From NCBI GenBank assembly GCA_036679605.1, contig JAZDCZ010000365.1, positions 60,866-124,865 on the forward strand: a DNA stretch of 64,000 nt, written 5' to 3'. Positions 48,661 through 57,908 of the stretch are shown one piece after another (positions within the stretch are counted from its first letter, which is position 1; each line of letters begins with the position of its first letter). The position numbers and the translations under genes were made by a program. The notes beneath the pieces are model-generated. The model made no database searches. It was given only the letters and a program-made list of their open reading frames with translations, and was not told the DNA's origin. The DNA is from Gemmatimonadota bacterium (lineage in GTDB: Bacteria; Gemmatimonadota; Gemmatimonadetes; Gemmatimonadales; GWC2-71-9).

Positions 48661-50178
48661 ATGAACCGGATCCGTGGGTTGTTGACGGCGTTGACCGTGG
48701 GATTGGCGTTGCCGAGTTTTGCTCAAGATCGTGACTCGTCGGATGTGAAAGTCCCCGCTCCAAAGGTTTTTGTCACGCAACACCGAGGCACTTTCAACGG
48801 CGAGTCCCTGGACTACACCGCGCGAGCCGGTGAAACGTACCTCAAGGACGACAAGGGCAAGCCGAAGGCCAGTGTTTTCTCGTTCGCCTATACCAAGGAC
48901 GACGTCGACGACCTCACACACCGTCCAGTGACATTCATCTGGAACGGTGGCCCCGGCTCGGCATCGCTCTGGTTGCACATGGGTACCTTCGGACCTCGAC
49001 GCGTGGTGGTGCCCAGCGACGCGCACGATGCCGGAGCGCCGCCCTATCCGTTGGTGGACAACACGCAAACGCTGCTTGACGTCACCGACATGGTGTTTGT
49101 TGACCCCGTCGGCACAGGCTTCAGTCGGCCGCTCGGTGACCACAAGGGCACCGAGTTCTGGGGACTCAATGAGGATGCCAATGCGATGGCCGAGTTCATC
49201 CAGCAGTGGATCACAGAGAACGGCCGTTGGAACTCGCCAAAGTTCTTGGCGGGCGAGAGCTTCGGTACGACGCGCGCCGCGGCGGTGGCCGACATTCTCG
49301 AGGGCCGCTCATCGATCAGCCTCAACGGTATCGTGATGATCTCACAGGCCCTCGACTACACGGGCTCTACTCCGGTTAATGACAACCTCGTTTCTTACAT
49401 CACATATCTGCCGACCATGGCCGCGACCGCTTATTACCACGGCAAGGTGAGTCCGCGCCCCGATGACTTGGAGGGCTTCCTTCAGCAAGCACGGGACTTT
49501 GCAATGGATACGCTAGCGCCCGCTCTAATCAGAGGATCTAGGCTCGGCGATGCAGAACGTGCCCGTATTCGGGATCGGTTGGCGTACTTCACCGGATTGG
49601 ATCCAGGGTTCATTCAACGCTCAGATCTGCGCGTGACAGGTGTGCGGTTCGTCAAAGAACTACTCCGGGCCGAGGGGCTCGCGGTGGGCCGGTTGGATTC
49701 GCGCTACACGCGCGACGACATCGACGATACAGCCGACAGTCCAGAGGCAGATGCGGCCAGCGAGGCCATTGGCGGCGCGTTCGTCGCTGCGATCAACCAT
49801 TACATGCGTGATCAACTCGACGTGGTCATGGACCGCGCGTACAAACCCTCTGGACGATTTGGCGGAGAGTGGAAGTGGCGGCCGGTACCACCCGGCCGGT
49901 CCTGGGAACCGTCATATGTCAACGTCGCGCGAAGACTGTCCAACGCGCTCCGGCGCAACAGCGCCCTCAAGGTGTTGGTGGCGTCTGGTTATTACGACAT
50001 GATCACGCCGTTCTTTGATGCGGAATACACTTTCGGGCGGCATGGCATTCTGAAAGATCGGATCGAGTACACGTACTACGAGGCCGGACACATGATGTAC
50101 GTGCACGGACCGTCGCTCGACCGGTTCATGGCCGATGTGCGCCGTTTTATCATAGAGACATTGAGTGATATCATTTGA
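48661..50178 (+). CDS. Secreted serine carboxypeptidase (peptidase S10)
   Basis: NGGPG, DPVGTGFS, GESFG, GYYD, EAGHMMY. Confidence 0.92.
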   Translation: MNRIRGLLTALTVGLALPSFAQDRDSSDVKVPAPKVFVTQHRGTFNGESLDYTARAGETYLKDDKGKPKASVFSFAYTKDDVDDLTHRPVTFIWNGGPGSASLWLHMGTFGPRRVVVPSDAHDAGAPPYPLVDNTQTLLDVTDMVFVDPVGTGFSRPLGDHKGTEFWGLNEDANAMAEFIQQWITENGRWNSPKFLAGESFGTTRAAAVADILEGRSSISLNGIVMISQALDYTGSTPVNDNLVSYITYLPTMAATAYYHGKVSPRPDDLEGFLQQARDFAMDTLAPALIRGSRLGDAERARIRDRLAYFTGLDPGFIQRSDLRVTGVRFVKELLRAEGLAVGRLDSRYTRDDIDDTADSPEADAASEAIGGAFVAAINHYMRDQLDVVMDRAYKPSGRFGGEWKWRPVPPGRSWEPSYVNVARRLSNALRRNSALKVLVASGYYDMITPFFDAEYTFGRHGILKDRIEYTYYEAGHMMYVHGPSLDRFMADVRRFIIETLSDII

Positions 50179-50244
50179 TCATGCGAGCGGATGCTCCGCC
50201 GGGATGACACGTAGGTCGCTCCTACCATAGCGCCGACTCATGCC

Positions 50245-50661
50245 TCATGGCAGCATCTCAAACCCTGCGATCTGAAAGTGGCGATCGAAGGTGAATGCGG
50301 CGGTAATCCCACGCCCCCGCATCACCGCAAAACTCACGGCATCGGTTAGGGTAAACGACTGGTCACCGAACCGGTGAATCCAGTCGTCGAACGCCGCCCC
50401 CTGGAGTTCATCATCGCAGAACACCTGCTCGATTGACGGGTCGGCAATGAGGGTCGTGATGTTTCCGGCGGCACGGTCCGGTCCGAAGCCGTGAACAAGA
50501 TGGAGATGTAGTTCGGCTAGGATAAGGTCGGTCACCACCAGGTGCGCGCGCTCCGCACGCAGACGGCTCACCAGGCGCGACGCCTCAGCATGGTATTGAT
50601 CGCGCCGGTGAAATGCGGCGAGCCACGCACCCGTGTCTACCAGAACCTGCCTACCCGTCAG
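50245..50661 (-). CDS. vapC: VapC/PIN-domain toxin (probable CTG start)
   Basis: VLVDTGAW...DQYH...ILAE...TLTDAVSFAVM...AFTFDRHF; frame extends 30 codons upstream of the track ORF. Confidence 0.85.
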   Translation of the reverse strand: MTGRQVLVDTGAWLAAFHRRDQYHAEASRLVSRLRAERAHLVVTDLILAELHLHLVHGFGPDRAAGNITTLIADPSIEQVFCDDELQGAAFDDWIHRFGDQSFTLTDAVSFAVMRGRGITAAFTFDRHFQIAGFEMLP

Positions 50662-50945
50662 TCTCTAGCCCCCGAGTCTGGGTCGGGCTCGGCGACCCGG
50701 TGGAGCGGGTATCCCCGTACGGCATACTCGTCGTGACGAGTCGAGAGGTCGCTGGGTACTGCCGGATCGTCGAGGCTACCGATCAAGCCGAGTAACGGAT
50801 CGGAGTGCCCCGTCACTTCCACGGCCCAGCGACGGATGGCCTCCCGCACGGCCTGGGCCTTGGAGAGACCGAGTTGTCGCGCCAGTCGCTCGAGCAATGA
50901 CCTGTCCCGTGAGTCGAGATAGACCTGAAAGGGAGTCTTATTCAT
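50658..50945 (-). CDS. vapB: CopG/RHH antitoxin
   Basis: FQVYLD...LERLARQLGLSKAQAVREAI; DLSTRHDEY. Confidence 0.8.
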   Translation of the reverse strand: MNKTPFQVYLDSRDRSLLERLARQLGLSKAQAVREAIRRWAVEVTGHSDPLLGLIGSLDDPAVPSDLSTRHDEYAVRGYPLHRVAEPDPDSGARD

Positions 50946-51045
50946 GAGTAAATAATAATGTAATCATTCACCATCAAACACTCAAGACTTGGGCCTCTCT
51001 TGCCGGGAGCCAAGGCGCTTGAGCAGCCCGCCTAGTCCGAGGAGA

Positions 51046-52233
51046 CTACGCCGCCGCCAAAACCAACGCCGCACACCTCCCCCCAAAACTCTCCGCCAAT
51101 AGCAGAATAGTGCTCGCGTCCGACTCCGCAGTCTCTTGCTGCACGGTGCAGGGCGGGAGAATCGAGTCCAATTCCTCTAGACCCAGCGTCGGAGGGATGA
51201 AGCCCTCTTTTAGTGCTAGCATAGCTGCAACGCATTCCACCGACCCGCTTGCACCCAAGCAATGTCCCAACATGGGCTTTAGGCTGGTAAGCGGGATTTC
51301 CGGTAACCGTTCACCGAAGACAGTCGTGAGACCATGACACTCGGCTGCGTCATTCATCTGAGTTCCGGTTCCGTGGGTTTTGATCCAACCGTCGAACTGT
51401 CCGTTGGTGCCGGCAAGCGCCTGGCCGACTGCACTCGTGACCCCGGACCCATCCGGTTGCGGTGCGACCATTGAATAGGCTTCACTGGCAAAGCCGTAAC
51501 CATTGAGTTGGCCCAGAGGCGCGGCACCTCGGCGACGCGCGCTGTCAGCGGCTTCGAGAACGAGAACTCCAGATCCCTCTCCCAGCACCGTACCCGAACG
51601 CCGCGTGTCGAAGGGACGACATTCGTCACTATCAGTGATGACACCAGCAGCTCGAAAGTTGTTGACTACATCCGGTTGGAGGGGACATTCCGCGCCGCCT
51701 GCTACCATTATGTCAGCCAACCCGGCAGAAATTTTCTGATATGCTTCTCCGATAGCGCAGGTCGCGGACACGCTGCCGGCAGACACGTGCAGCACTGGCC
51801 CGCGAATGTTCCGCTCTTGAGAGAACGCGGCGGAACCTGCTCCAGTCATGAACCGAATGAGTGCCGAGGGACGGACTCGCGCGCGCGAGCTTGCGAGCTG
51901 TTCCTTGTAGGTATCGAGCAACTCGGCCATCGGCCCTAGTGATGACCCCTCGATTACTCCGCAACGCGTCAAGTCGATATCGTCCACGTCGAGACCGGCA
52001 TTATTCCATGCTTCCGTTGCCGCCGAGAGGAATAACCTCGCGCTCCGGTCGAGGCGTCGCGCGTTGTGCGGTGTAGCTGGGTTCGGGGCGCGCCCACCAG
52101 CGAGTCCTCCCAGCTCGGGCAGTGCCCTCACTCCGCTGGTGCCGGCGGTCAGCATTTTGCGCAATGAGTCCAGTCCGGCCCCGGCTGCCGTCACTGCTCC
52201 CATCCCCGTAATCCAAATTTCGCGGGTTGTCAT
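51046..52233 (-). CDS. FabF-like beta-ketoacyl synthase with active-site Cys replaced by Ser
   Basis: ITGMGAVT, CRPFD, GEG, HGTGT, GHCLGASG; SAGSVS at the usual TACxS position. Confidence 0.85.
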   Translation of the reverse strand: MTTREIWITGMGAVTAAGAGLDSLRKMLTAGTSGVRALPELGGLAGGRAPNPATPHNARRLDRSARLFLSAATEAWNNAGLDVDDIDLTRCGVIEGSSLGPMAELLDTYKEQLASSRARVRPSALIRFMTGAGSAAFSQERNIRGPVLHVSAGSVSATCAIGEAYQKISAGLADIMVAGGAECPLQPDVVNNFRAAGVITDSDECRPFDTRRSGTVLGEGSGVLVLEAADSARRRGAAPLGQLNGYGFASEAYSMVAPQPDGSGVTSAVGQALAGTNGQFDGWIKTHGTGTQMNDAAECHGLTTVFGERLPEIPLTSLKPMLGHCLGASGSVECVAAMLALKEGFIPPTLGLEELDSILPPCTVQQETAESDASTILLLAESFGGRCAALVLAAA

Positions 52234-53783
52234 TGTGATTTCACTCCCAAGGCACGCAGTGCCTCATTCATTCGTGTTACGGCAATGCGCGACGCTGCGT
52301 CACGATCATTCACTAGGTCTGCGAGCAGAGTGATCTGTGGCGACGCCGTTTCGTCGGTGTGGACGCGGTACCAGCCGGTTGAACTCAGCACGAAACTCCG
52401 AGTTTTTCCTGGTGCTGCACGTGGCAGGTCGAATTCTAGTTCCGCGTAATCGCCCGTCGCCATGACAAACTCGGCGCCATCGATTTCGGCGAGCAAGTGT
52501 CCAACGTCACGTCCGGTATGATCGATCGCACGGGTGATATTGATTTCCTGCGTCGTGAATGGGCGCGTCCTCGAGAAGTCCGCTGTTACTTGGTCTATGT
52601 GCCAGAAAGCTGGGGCGGACTCTAGTCGCACCCGCACTGTGTCCCCGTTCACGCCCGAGAGGTCCAAAGAGAAGACTTGTCGCTTAATGATTTCCGGACC
52701 GGCTTCCCATACGTATCCCTGATGTTCCCAACCGTTGGTAGTCTTCACCGACACACCGAGGAACCCAGTGTGGGCTGCCACGGACCCGAATTGCTGCATG
52801 AACTGCGGTTGAGTGTCGAGGGAATCGTACCACGCAGCGGTAGCGTTGCCGTGAGCCGCAATGAGTTCGGTGAGCATATTGGCCGCCCAACTGGTGTTGC
52901 GTCCGTCTATGACCAGTTTTCCGGTATCCATGCCGGAGGAGCGTACGAAGGTGAGTTCGAGGCCGTCGCGCACGTCCGCTGCTACCAGAGGATCGCGACC
53001 GAGTGGGTGCGATTCCCAGTTCAGGTCGTCCAGGCGGTCAACCCGGGCAAGCACATCCCGTCCTCGAAAGTCGTTGGCGTAAAGCGGAGTCTGCAACGGG
53101 CCGAGCGTGTGCACGTTACCGGCTCCGTCGGGTGCGACCGTAACATCCGCGTCGTGATCTATCACGAGTAGGGACAGGGCGTCGACATGGTCGGTTTCGG
53201 CGAGTTCGTTGGCAAGCTTGAGCCGCAGCCGACCGTCGTTCGGCGTGGCATAAACCAAGTTGTCCAGGTCCGTCCGTGCGGCCCCTCGTGTGATCGCCCC
53301 GCCGAAGGTTCCGGAATCCAGTCGCCAGATTTCGCCGTCCCAGCTATAGACGAGCGGGCACGATATGTACTCACCGCCACTCGACGTAGTGGTGCGGCGC
53401 GGGGGTGGGTCGTCCTGAGCCGCAGCAGCGACCAGCAACCCGGCTATACCGATGCCGGCTGCGACAAGGGCGAAGGTCCTGACGGGATCGAAACGCGAAA
53501 CCTCGACGAGACCGATTTCATCCAATGCCAAGGCCACAAGTCGCCTAGGCGAGTTTTCCTCAGTCGTGCCGAACAGGCTGTCGCCCACAATCCTTGGGTT
53601 ATGAACCATGACCCGAAATCCGTTACGAAGGGTCAGCCGGAGCTGCTTCGGGTTCTTCGACTGAACCGTGGCTTCCGGCGTAAGCCGTTGGATCTCCCAT
53701 CTTGCGCAAGACGACACGTACGTTGCCATCAGGATCAGGGCGATGCTGCGGGCAAATGGCGAATATGTTCGCATGACGGACAT
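52230..53783 (-). CDS. Hypothetical lipoprotein with SCP-motif C-terminal domain
   Basis: Lipobox VSSC; internal TM segment; SCPLVYSWDG, NELAETDHVD, GWY. Confidence 0.7.
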   Translation of the reverse strand: MSVMRTYSPFARSIALILMATYVSSCARWEIQRLTPEATVQSKNPKQLRLTLRNGFRVMVHNPRIVGDSLFGTTEENSPRRLVALALDEIGLVEVSRFDPVRTFALVAAGIGIAGLLVAAAAQDDPPPRRTTTSSGGEYISCPLVYSWDGEIWRLDSGTFGGAITRGAARTDLDNLVYATPNDGRLRLKLANELAETDHVDALSLLVIDHDADVTVAPDGAGNVHTLGPLQTPLYANDFRGRDVLARVDRLDDLNWESHPLGRDPLVAADVRDGLELTFVRSSGMDTGKLVIDGRNTSWAANMLTELIAAHGNATAAWYDSLDTQPQFMQQFGSVAAHTGFLGVSVKTTNGWEHQGYVWEAGPEIIKRQVFSLDLSGVNGDTVRVRLESAPAFWHIDQVTADFSRTRPFTTQEINITRAIDHTGRDVGHLLAEIDGAEFVMATGDYAELEFDLPRAAPGKTRSFVLSSTGWYRVHTDETASPQITLLADLVNDRDAASRIAVTRMNEALRALGVKSQ

Positions 53784-53932
53784 CAGGAACTCCTTGTGAT
53801 AGTGCTGGAGCCAAGCTGAATAGGCGCCGTCAAGAAAACGTCAACCGGACTGAACTCGAGCTTTGCGCGCTGCGCTCCCAGGCCGTACGTTTCCGTATGG
53901 CTGTTTACCCACCGTCGAGCCACCGTCGAGCA

Positions 53933-55624
53933 ATGGCGACCCTGAGAATCTCACTGTCCCTGTCAGTAATGGCCCTCCTGAGCGTAGCGGCGCTGAGGGC
54001 GCAGACGGTGGAAGGTGCGTTGATTCAAAGCAGCACCCTGGCGCCGGTACGCGGAGCCTATGTCGTACTGCTGGACCAGGATTCGGTGGAGGTGACTCGG
54101 GCTCTCACGAACCCGCTGGGGCGGTTCACGATCCATGCGCCCCGGGCCGGATCCTATCGGCTTCGGACAGAGCGAATCGGGTATAGCAGTGTCGTTTCGT
54201 CGATTTTCGCGCTGGCCGAGGGACAACTTCTCAATCGTCAGTTTAGGATTAAACCGGTGCTGGTAAGGTTGGCGCCGGCAACGATCGAGGGGGACGCTCG
54301 CGAGTGTCGAGTGATCGGAGAGCAGGCGTTTCAAACGCTTGCCGTTTGGGAGGAGGCTCGCAAGGCGCTGAAGGCCATAGCATGGGTGAATCTCCAGGAG
54401 CATCTCGTCCATGAGCTGGAACGTTTTGAACGGTGGTACACGCCCAACTTCAGGCTGCTGCACGACAAACGTACGCCTGTGAAGGCCCTCCATGTCATGC
54501 CGTTCCGCAGCCGGTCGGTTGAAGAGATGGATGAACGAGGGTACGTCGTAATCGAGAACGACAGCGTGGTGTACCAGGCGCCGGATGCAGAGGTGTTTTT
54601 CTCGGACCTGTTTCTGCAGCATCACTGCTTCTCCCTGGATGAAAAGCGGCAAGGTGGTCGCCGCAAGGTGGGTCTCCGATTCGCGCCTCTGGCGAGTAGA
54701 ACTATTCCCGATGTGAAGGGTGTCTTTTGGCTAGATGGCGAGACGAGTGCGCTCGAACTTCTGGAACTCTCCTATGTGAATGTGGGTATGTGGCAGCGCG
54801 AGCGTGGGGCCGCTGGGGAGTTGCAGTTCGAAAGGCTGCCGGATGGCCGCTGGATTGTGAGTCGCTGGTGGATCCGTATGCCCATGGTGACCAAAGTGGA
54901 GTCATTGAAGGGTCCCGTGTGGAGCCTGAAGGAGGCGATCGTAGGGATCCAAGAAGACGGTGGCGAAGTGATCAAGGTTTACGCTTCCGACGGCCGGACC
55001 ATATATGCTCGCGGGCGGGCGACCGTAGCAGGTACTGTCTTCGACAGCACGACCGGCACGGGGTTAGCGGGTGCCTTCGTCCGGCTCCAGGGTACGGAGT
55101 TTGTAACCATAAGCGAGGTCGACGGTAGTTACTGGCTGACGGATCTTCCGGAGGGTGACTTTGTGGTCACGTTCGAGCACCCGCGCAGCGCACTTTTGGG
55201 TTTGGCAGATGAGAAGGAGGTCGATCTCAAGGAGGGTACGCAGCTCAACGCCGATCTAGCTATTCCCGCGCCGAAAGTCCTCGTGGAACGTGTGTGTCGT
55301 GCTGCGACCGCCGGTGAAAGGGACGGTCTGATCGTGGGACGAATCCGTGATGTGGCACTAGACACGGTCGTAGCCGGGGCGCGGGTCAAAGTCGTGTGGT
55401 TAGAAAATGTCGAGGCGGGTCAAGTTGTGAGCTGGGCGGAGGTGATCACAGACTCAGTGGGCGTGTACAGGGCGTGTGTACCGAAGAGCGCGGCACTATC
55501 CGTAGAGGTCACGGTCGATGGTGTGCTTGAAGCTGCTGTCCCGGCCATGTTCGGCGAGCGCGTCATCCACGTACTGGATGTTGAGATCCGCGAACCAGAG
55601 CGATTGATAGAGCGCGACAACTGA
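53933..55624 (+). CDS. Secreted protein with carboxypeptidase-regulatory-like domains
   Basis: Signal peptide; repeated G.V.D....V.GA.V...T...G.F/Y units. Confidence 0.8.
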   Translation: MATLRISLSLSVMALLSVAALRAQTVEGALIQSSTLAPVRGAYVVLLDQDSVEVTRALTNPLGRFTIHAPRAGSYRLRTERIGYSSVVSSIFALAEGQLLNRQFRIKPVLVRLAPATIEGDARECRVIGEQAFQTLAVWEEARKALKAIAWVNLQEHLVHELERFERWYTPNFRLLHDKRTPVKALHVMPFRSRSVEEMDERGYVVIENDSVVYQAPDAEVFFSDLFLQHHCFSLDEKRQGGRRKVGLRFAPLASRTIPDVKGVFWLDGETSALELLELSYVNVGMWQRERGAAGELQFERLPDGRWIVSRWWIRMPMVTKVESLKGPVWSLKEAIVGIQEDGGEVIKVYASDGRTIYARGRATVAGTVFDSTTGTGLAGAFVRLQGTEFVTISEVDGSYWLTDLPEGDFVVTFEHPRSALLGLADEKEVDLKEGTQLNADLAIPAPKVLVERVCRAATAGERDGLIVGRIRDVALDTVVAGARVKVVWLENVEAGQVVSWAEVITDSVGVYRACVPKSAALSVEVTVDGVLEAAVPAMFGERVIHVLDVEIREPERLIERDN

Positions 55625-55637
55625 GGTAACGCTCGCT

Positions 55638-56867
55638 TCATCTACTAACACGGTTGCGTCCCGACTTCTTTGCGCGATATAGAGCTTGATCCGCTGCTTT
55701 GATCACCTTGTCGGCGGTATTTCGGCGGTCGCTGCGCTCGGCGAGACCAATACTTACGGTGACGGACAGATGCTTGGTCGCGCGTTTTCTCGCGGCGCGA
55801 GCTTGAGGTTTCTTGGGCGGCCGTCCGGGGCCGCGAACCGCGAACGCAGTGTCCGCGACGATGTTGCGGACCTGCTCCAGGTGGTGCTGGCACTCGTCTC
55901 GAGTCTTGCCTGGAAAGAGGATAGCGAATTCCTCCCCTCCGTAGCGGTAGGCCCGGCCACCTCCGTCAACGCTCTTCAGATGGTCCGCAACCATGCGCAG
56001 CACCTGGTCACCCACGTCGTGTCCGTGTTCGTCGTTGAATTTCTTGAAACGATCTACGTCCACCATCGCGACAGTGTAGTCACCGTCAATTTGGTCGAGG
56101 GCTTCATTTAGCGCTCGCCGCGCCGGAAGTGCCGTCAGCGCATCCCGGTATGCCATCCTATAGGAAGTTTCTATAACACCCACGACCATTACCAGTCCAG
56201 CCGCAGCGAAGTAAAAGGTCACAGCGGCCGCGCTCGAAGTTGTTTGGAATGCCAAGAACGTGGCCACTAGTGTCCAGATCATGCTGCTTCCAGCCCTGTC
56301 TCGCTTTACCGCGAAGCCGGCACCGGCGATCGCGAACGATCCGAAGAAAACGAGCAGAGTGGGATCACCGATATGAGACCATGTAACGAGAGACCTAGGA
56401 AGAACGACAACCCGCAATAGCTCCGCTACCGCTGCCGGCTCGGGATACGCCAGCAGTATCACCCCTCCGGCCTGCAGCCCTATGATCGTGAGCCGCACCA
56501 ACCCGGCGGCGGTAAGCACTCCTCTTTCCGGTATCAAGGTCAAGGCCGCGAGGTTCAGCGGCACGAGAAAAGCTGCTGCCTCAAACGTTACCCGCAGGGG
56601 ATCCGACGCTACCGACGCTGCAGCCAGTGCGCTGGATGCAGCCCACGCGCCGAGTGCCAGCACCAAGAGCGAGAACAGCGCACGGCCACGGTGGAAACGC
56701 CAGCTCAAAAGTATTCCCGCTCCGAAGACGGCGTACGCAGAGAACCGTGCAAAGGTTGCCAGCGGGACCAGTGTGCTTTCCCAGGTCACGAGGATGACTG
56801 CCACGAGAACGACAATACCCTCGGGGGCCAGGGACTGAATCAATCGTCGAATCGGTTTGCGATTCAT
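55638..56867 (-). CDS. Membrane-bound diguanylate cyclase
   Basis: Multi-TM N-terminus; DALT, DVDRFKKFND..GH..GD, RYGGEEF, ADQALYRAK..GRN. Confidence 0.93.
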   Translation of the reverse strand: MNRKPIRRLIQSLAPEGIVVLVAVILVTWESTLVPLATFARFSAYAVFGAGILLSWRFHRGRALFSLLVLALGAWAASSALAAASVASDPLRVTFEAAAFLVPLNLAALTLIPERGVLTAAGLVRLTIIGLQAGGVILLAYPEPAAVAELLRVVVLPRSLVTWSHIGDPTLLVFFGSFAIAGAGFAVKRDRAGSSMIWTLVATFLAFQTTSSAAAVTFYFAAAGLVMVVGVIETSYRMAYRDALTALPARRALNEALDQIDGDYTVAMVDVDRFKKFNDEHGHDVGDQVLRMVADHLKSVDGGGRAYRYGGEEFAILFPGKTRDECQHHLEQVRNIVADTAFAVRGPGRPPKKPQARAARKRATKHLSVTVSIGLAERSDRRNTADKVIKAADQALYRAKKSGRNRVSR

Positions 56868-57015
56868 TGGACTAATCTACAGCCCTGCGGAGGTTACGCA
56901 GACAGCATGGAGTGATCGGGCGGATGAAGTGACTCGGACCACCGGTGAGAGGTGATCAGAATGGCGGGGCGGTGTGGCTTGGTCTTATTCGGAGACGCTG
57001 GTAGGGACGGGGGCG

Positions 57016-57735
57016 CTACCCGTCGCCGAGTTGGAATCGGCGGCGTTTGCGGTAGGCGGCTCCTCCAACACCTAGCAAGCCCGAGCCTAGCAGCACCATC
57101 GTGATCGGCTCTGGCACTACCGAGCAGTTGAGGCCGGCCGTGCAGACTTGTCCGCTGCCGTCTGCAAACACCGCCTGATAGTTCATCTCCACGTTGCCAA
57201 GCTGCGCCACGTCCCACGCGAAGTTTGTAGTGAAGTTGAATGTGACCCAATCATCGCATGTCTGTATCGCACCGGTAGTAGCCGGCAATGCGTCACAGCC
57301 AATAATTGCACCGCCGTGCATCAGATAGCGGTCGTAACTGAAGCCACCATTAAGAGGATTCGACTGGTCAATTACGTGCTGGTGCCACTCGACAGCTGTT
57401 GCGGCACCGTTGACAGTGCCCGCGACGTTCTGGAGGTTGTCGCCCTCCAGCACGTACGGATTTGAGCTTTGATAGGCGCCGGGTGAAACATCGAACCAAA
57501 CGGACGCAATGCCGTATGCCGGAAGGTGTGTGAAGTTGGGAGTGCCCTGAAGATTCTTGACACGCACGCTGATGTTGGTAGTGCTGCCTGAAATGGTCGT
57601 CATGATCTGCACGCTGGCACAGGTGCGAATCGCACCTGTCGTGCAGTAATTCAGCCAACTGAGTTCACCGGCTCTCAAGGTTCCGGTGGCCGAGAGGGCC
57701 AATCCGATGACGAGACCAACGACCTTGCGGTTCAT
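57016..57735 (-). CDS. PEP-CTERM sorting-domain protein
   Basis: Signal peptide; C-terminal VPEP, TM helix and RKRRR. Confidence 0.9.
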   Translation of the reverse strand: MNRKVVGLVIGLALSATGTLRAGELSWLNYCTTGAIRTCASVQIMTTISGSTTNISVRVKNLQGTPNFTHLPAYGIASVWFDVSPGAYQSSNPYVLEGDNLQNVAGTVNGAATAVEWHQHVIDQSNPLNGGFSYDRYLMHGGAIIGCDALPATTGAIQTCDDWVTFNFTTNFAWDVAQLGNVEMNYQAVFADGSGQVCTAGLNCSVVPEPITMVLLGSGLLGVGGAAYRKRRRFQLGDG

Positions 57736-57786
57736 ATCACCCTAACGTTGCACCTCTGGGACGGAAACTGTCAAGGAATAGATAGA

Positions 57787-57802
57787 AGCAAGACTTGCGC
57801 CC
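57787..57802 (-). promoter_or_regulatory. Putative sigma54 promoter of the PEP-CTERM gene
   Basis: Minus-strand GGGCGCAAGTCTTGCT (GG-N10-GC, TTGC). Confidence 0.45.
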
Positions 57803-57908
57803 CGCGGTTCGAGCACCAGTATGTCGTGTGATAGCAACATCTTATGCCGATGTCCAGAGGGCGTAGCGGTGCCGAATCTATGGTGACCAGTATGCACCAG
57901 TGGCATCG

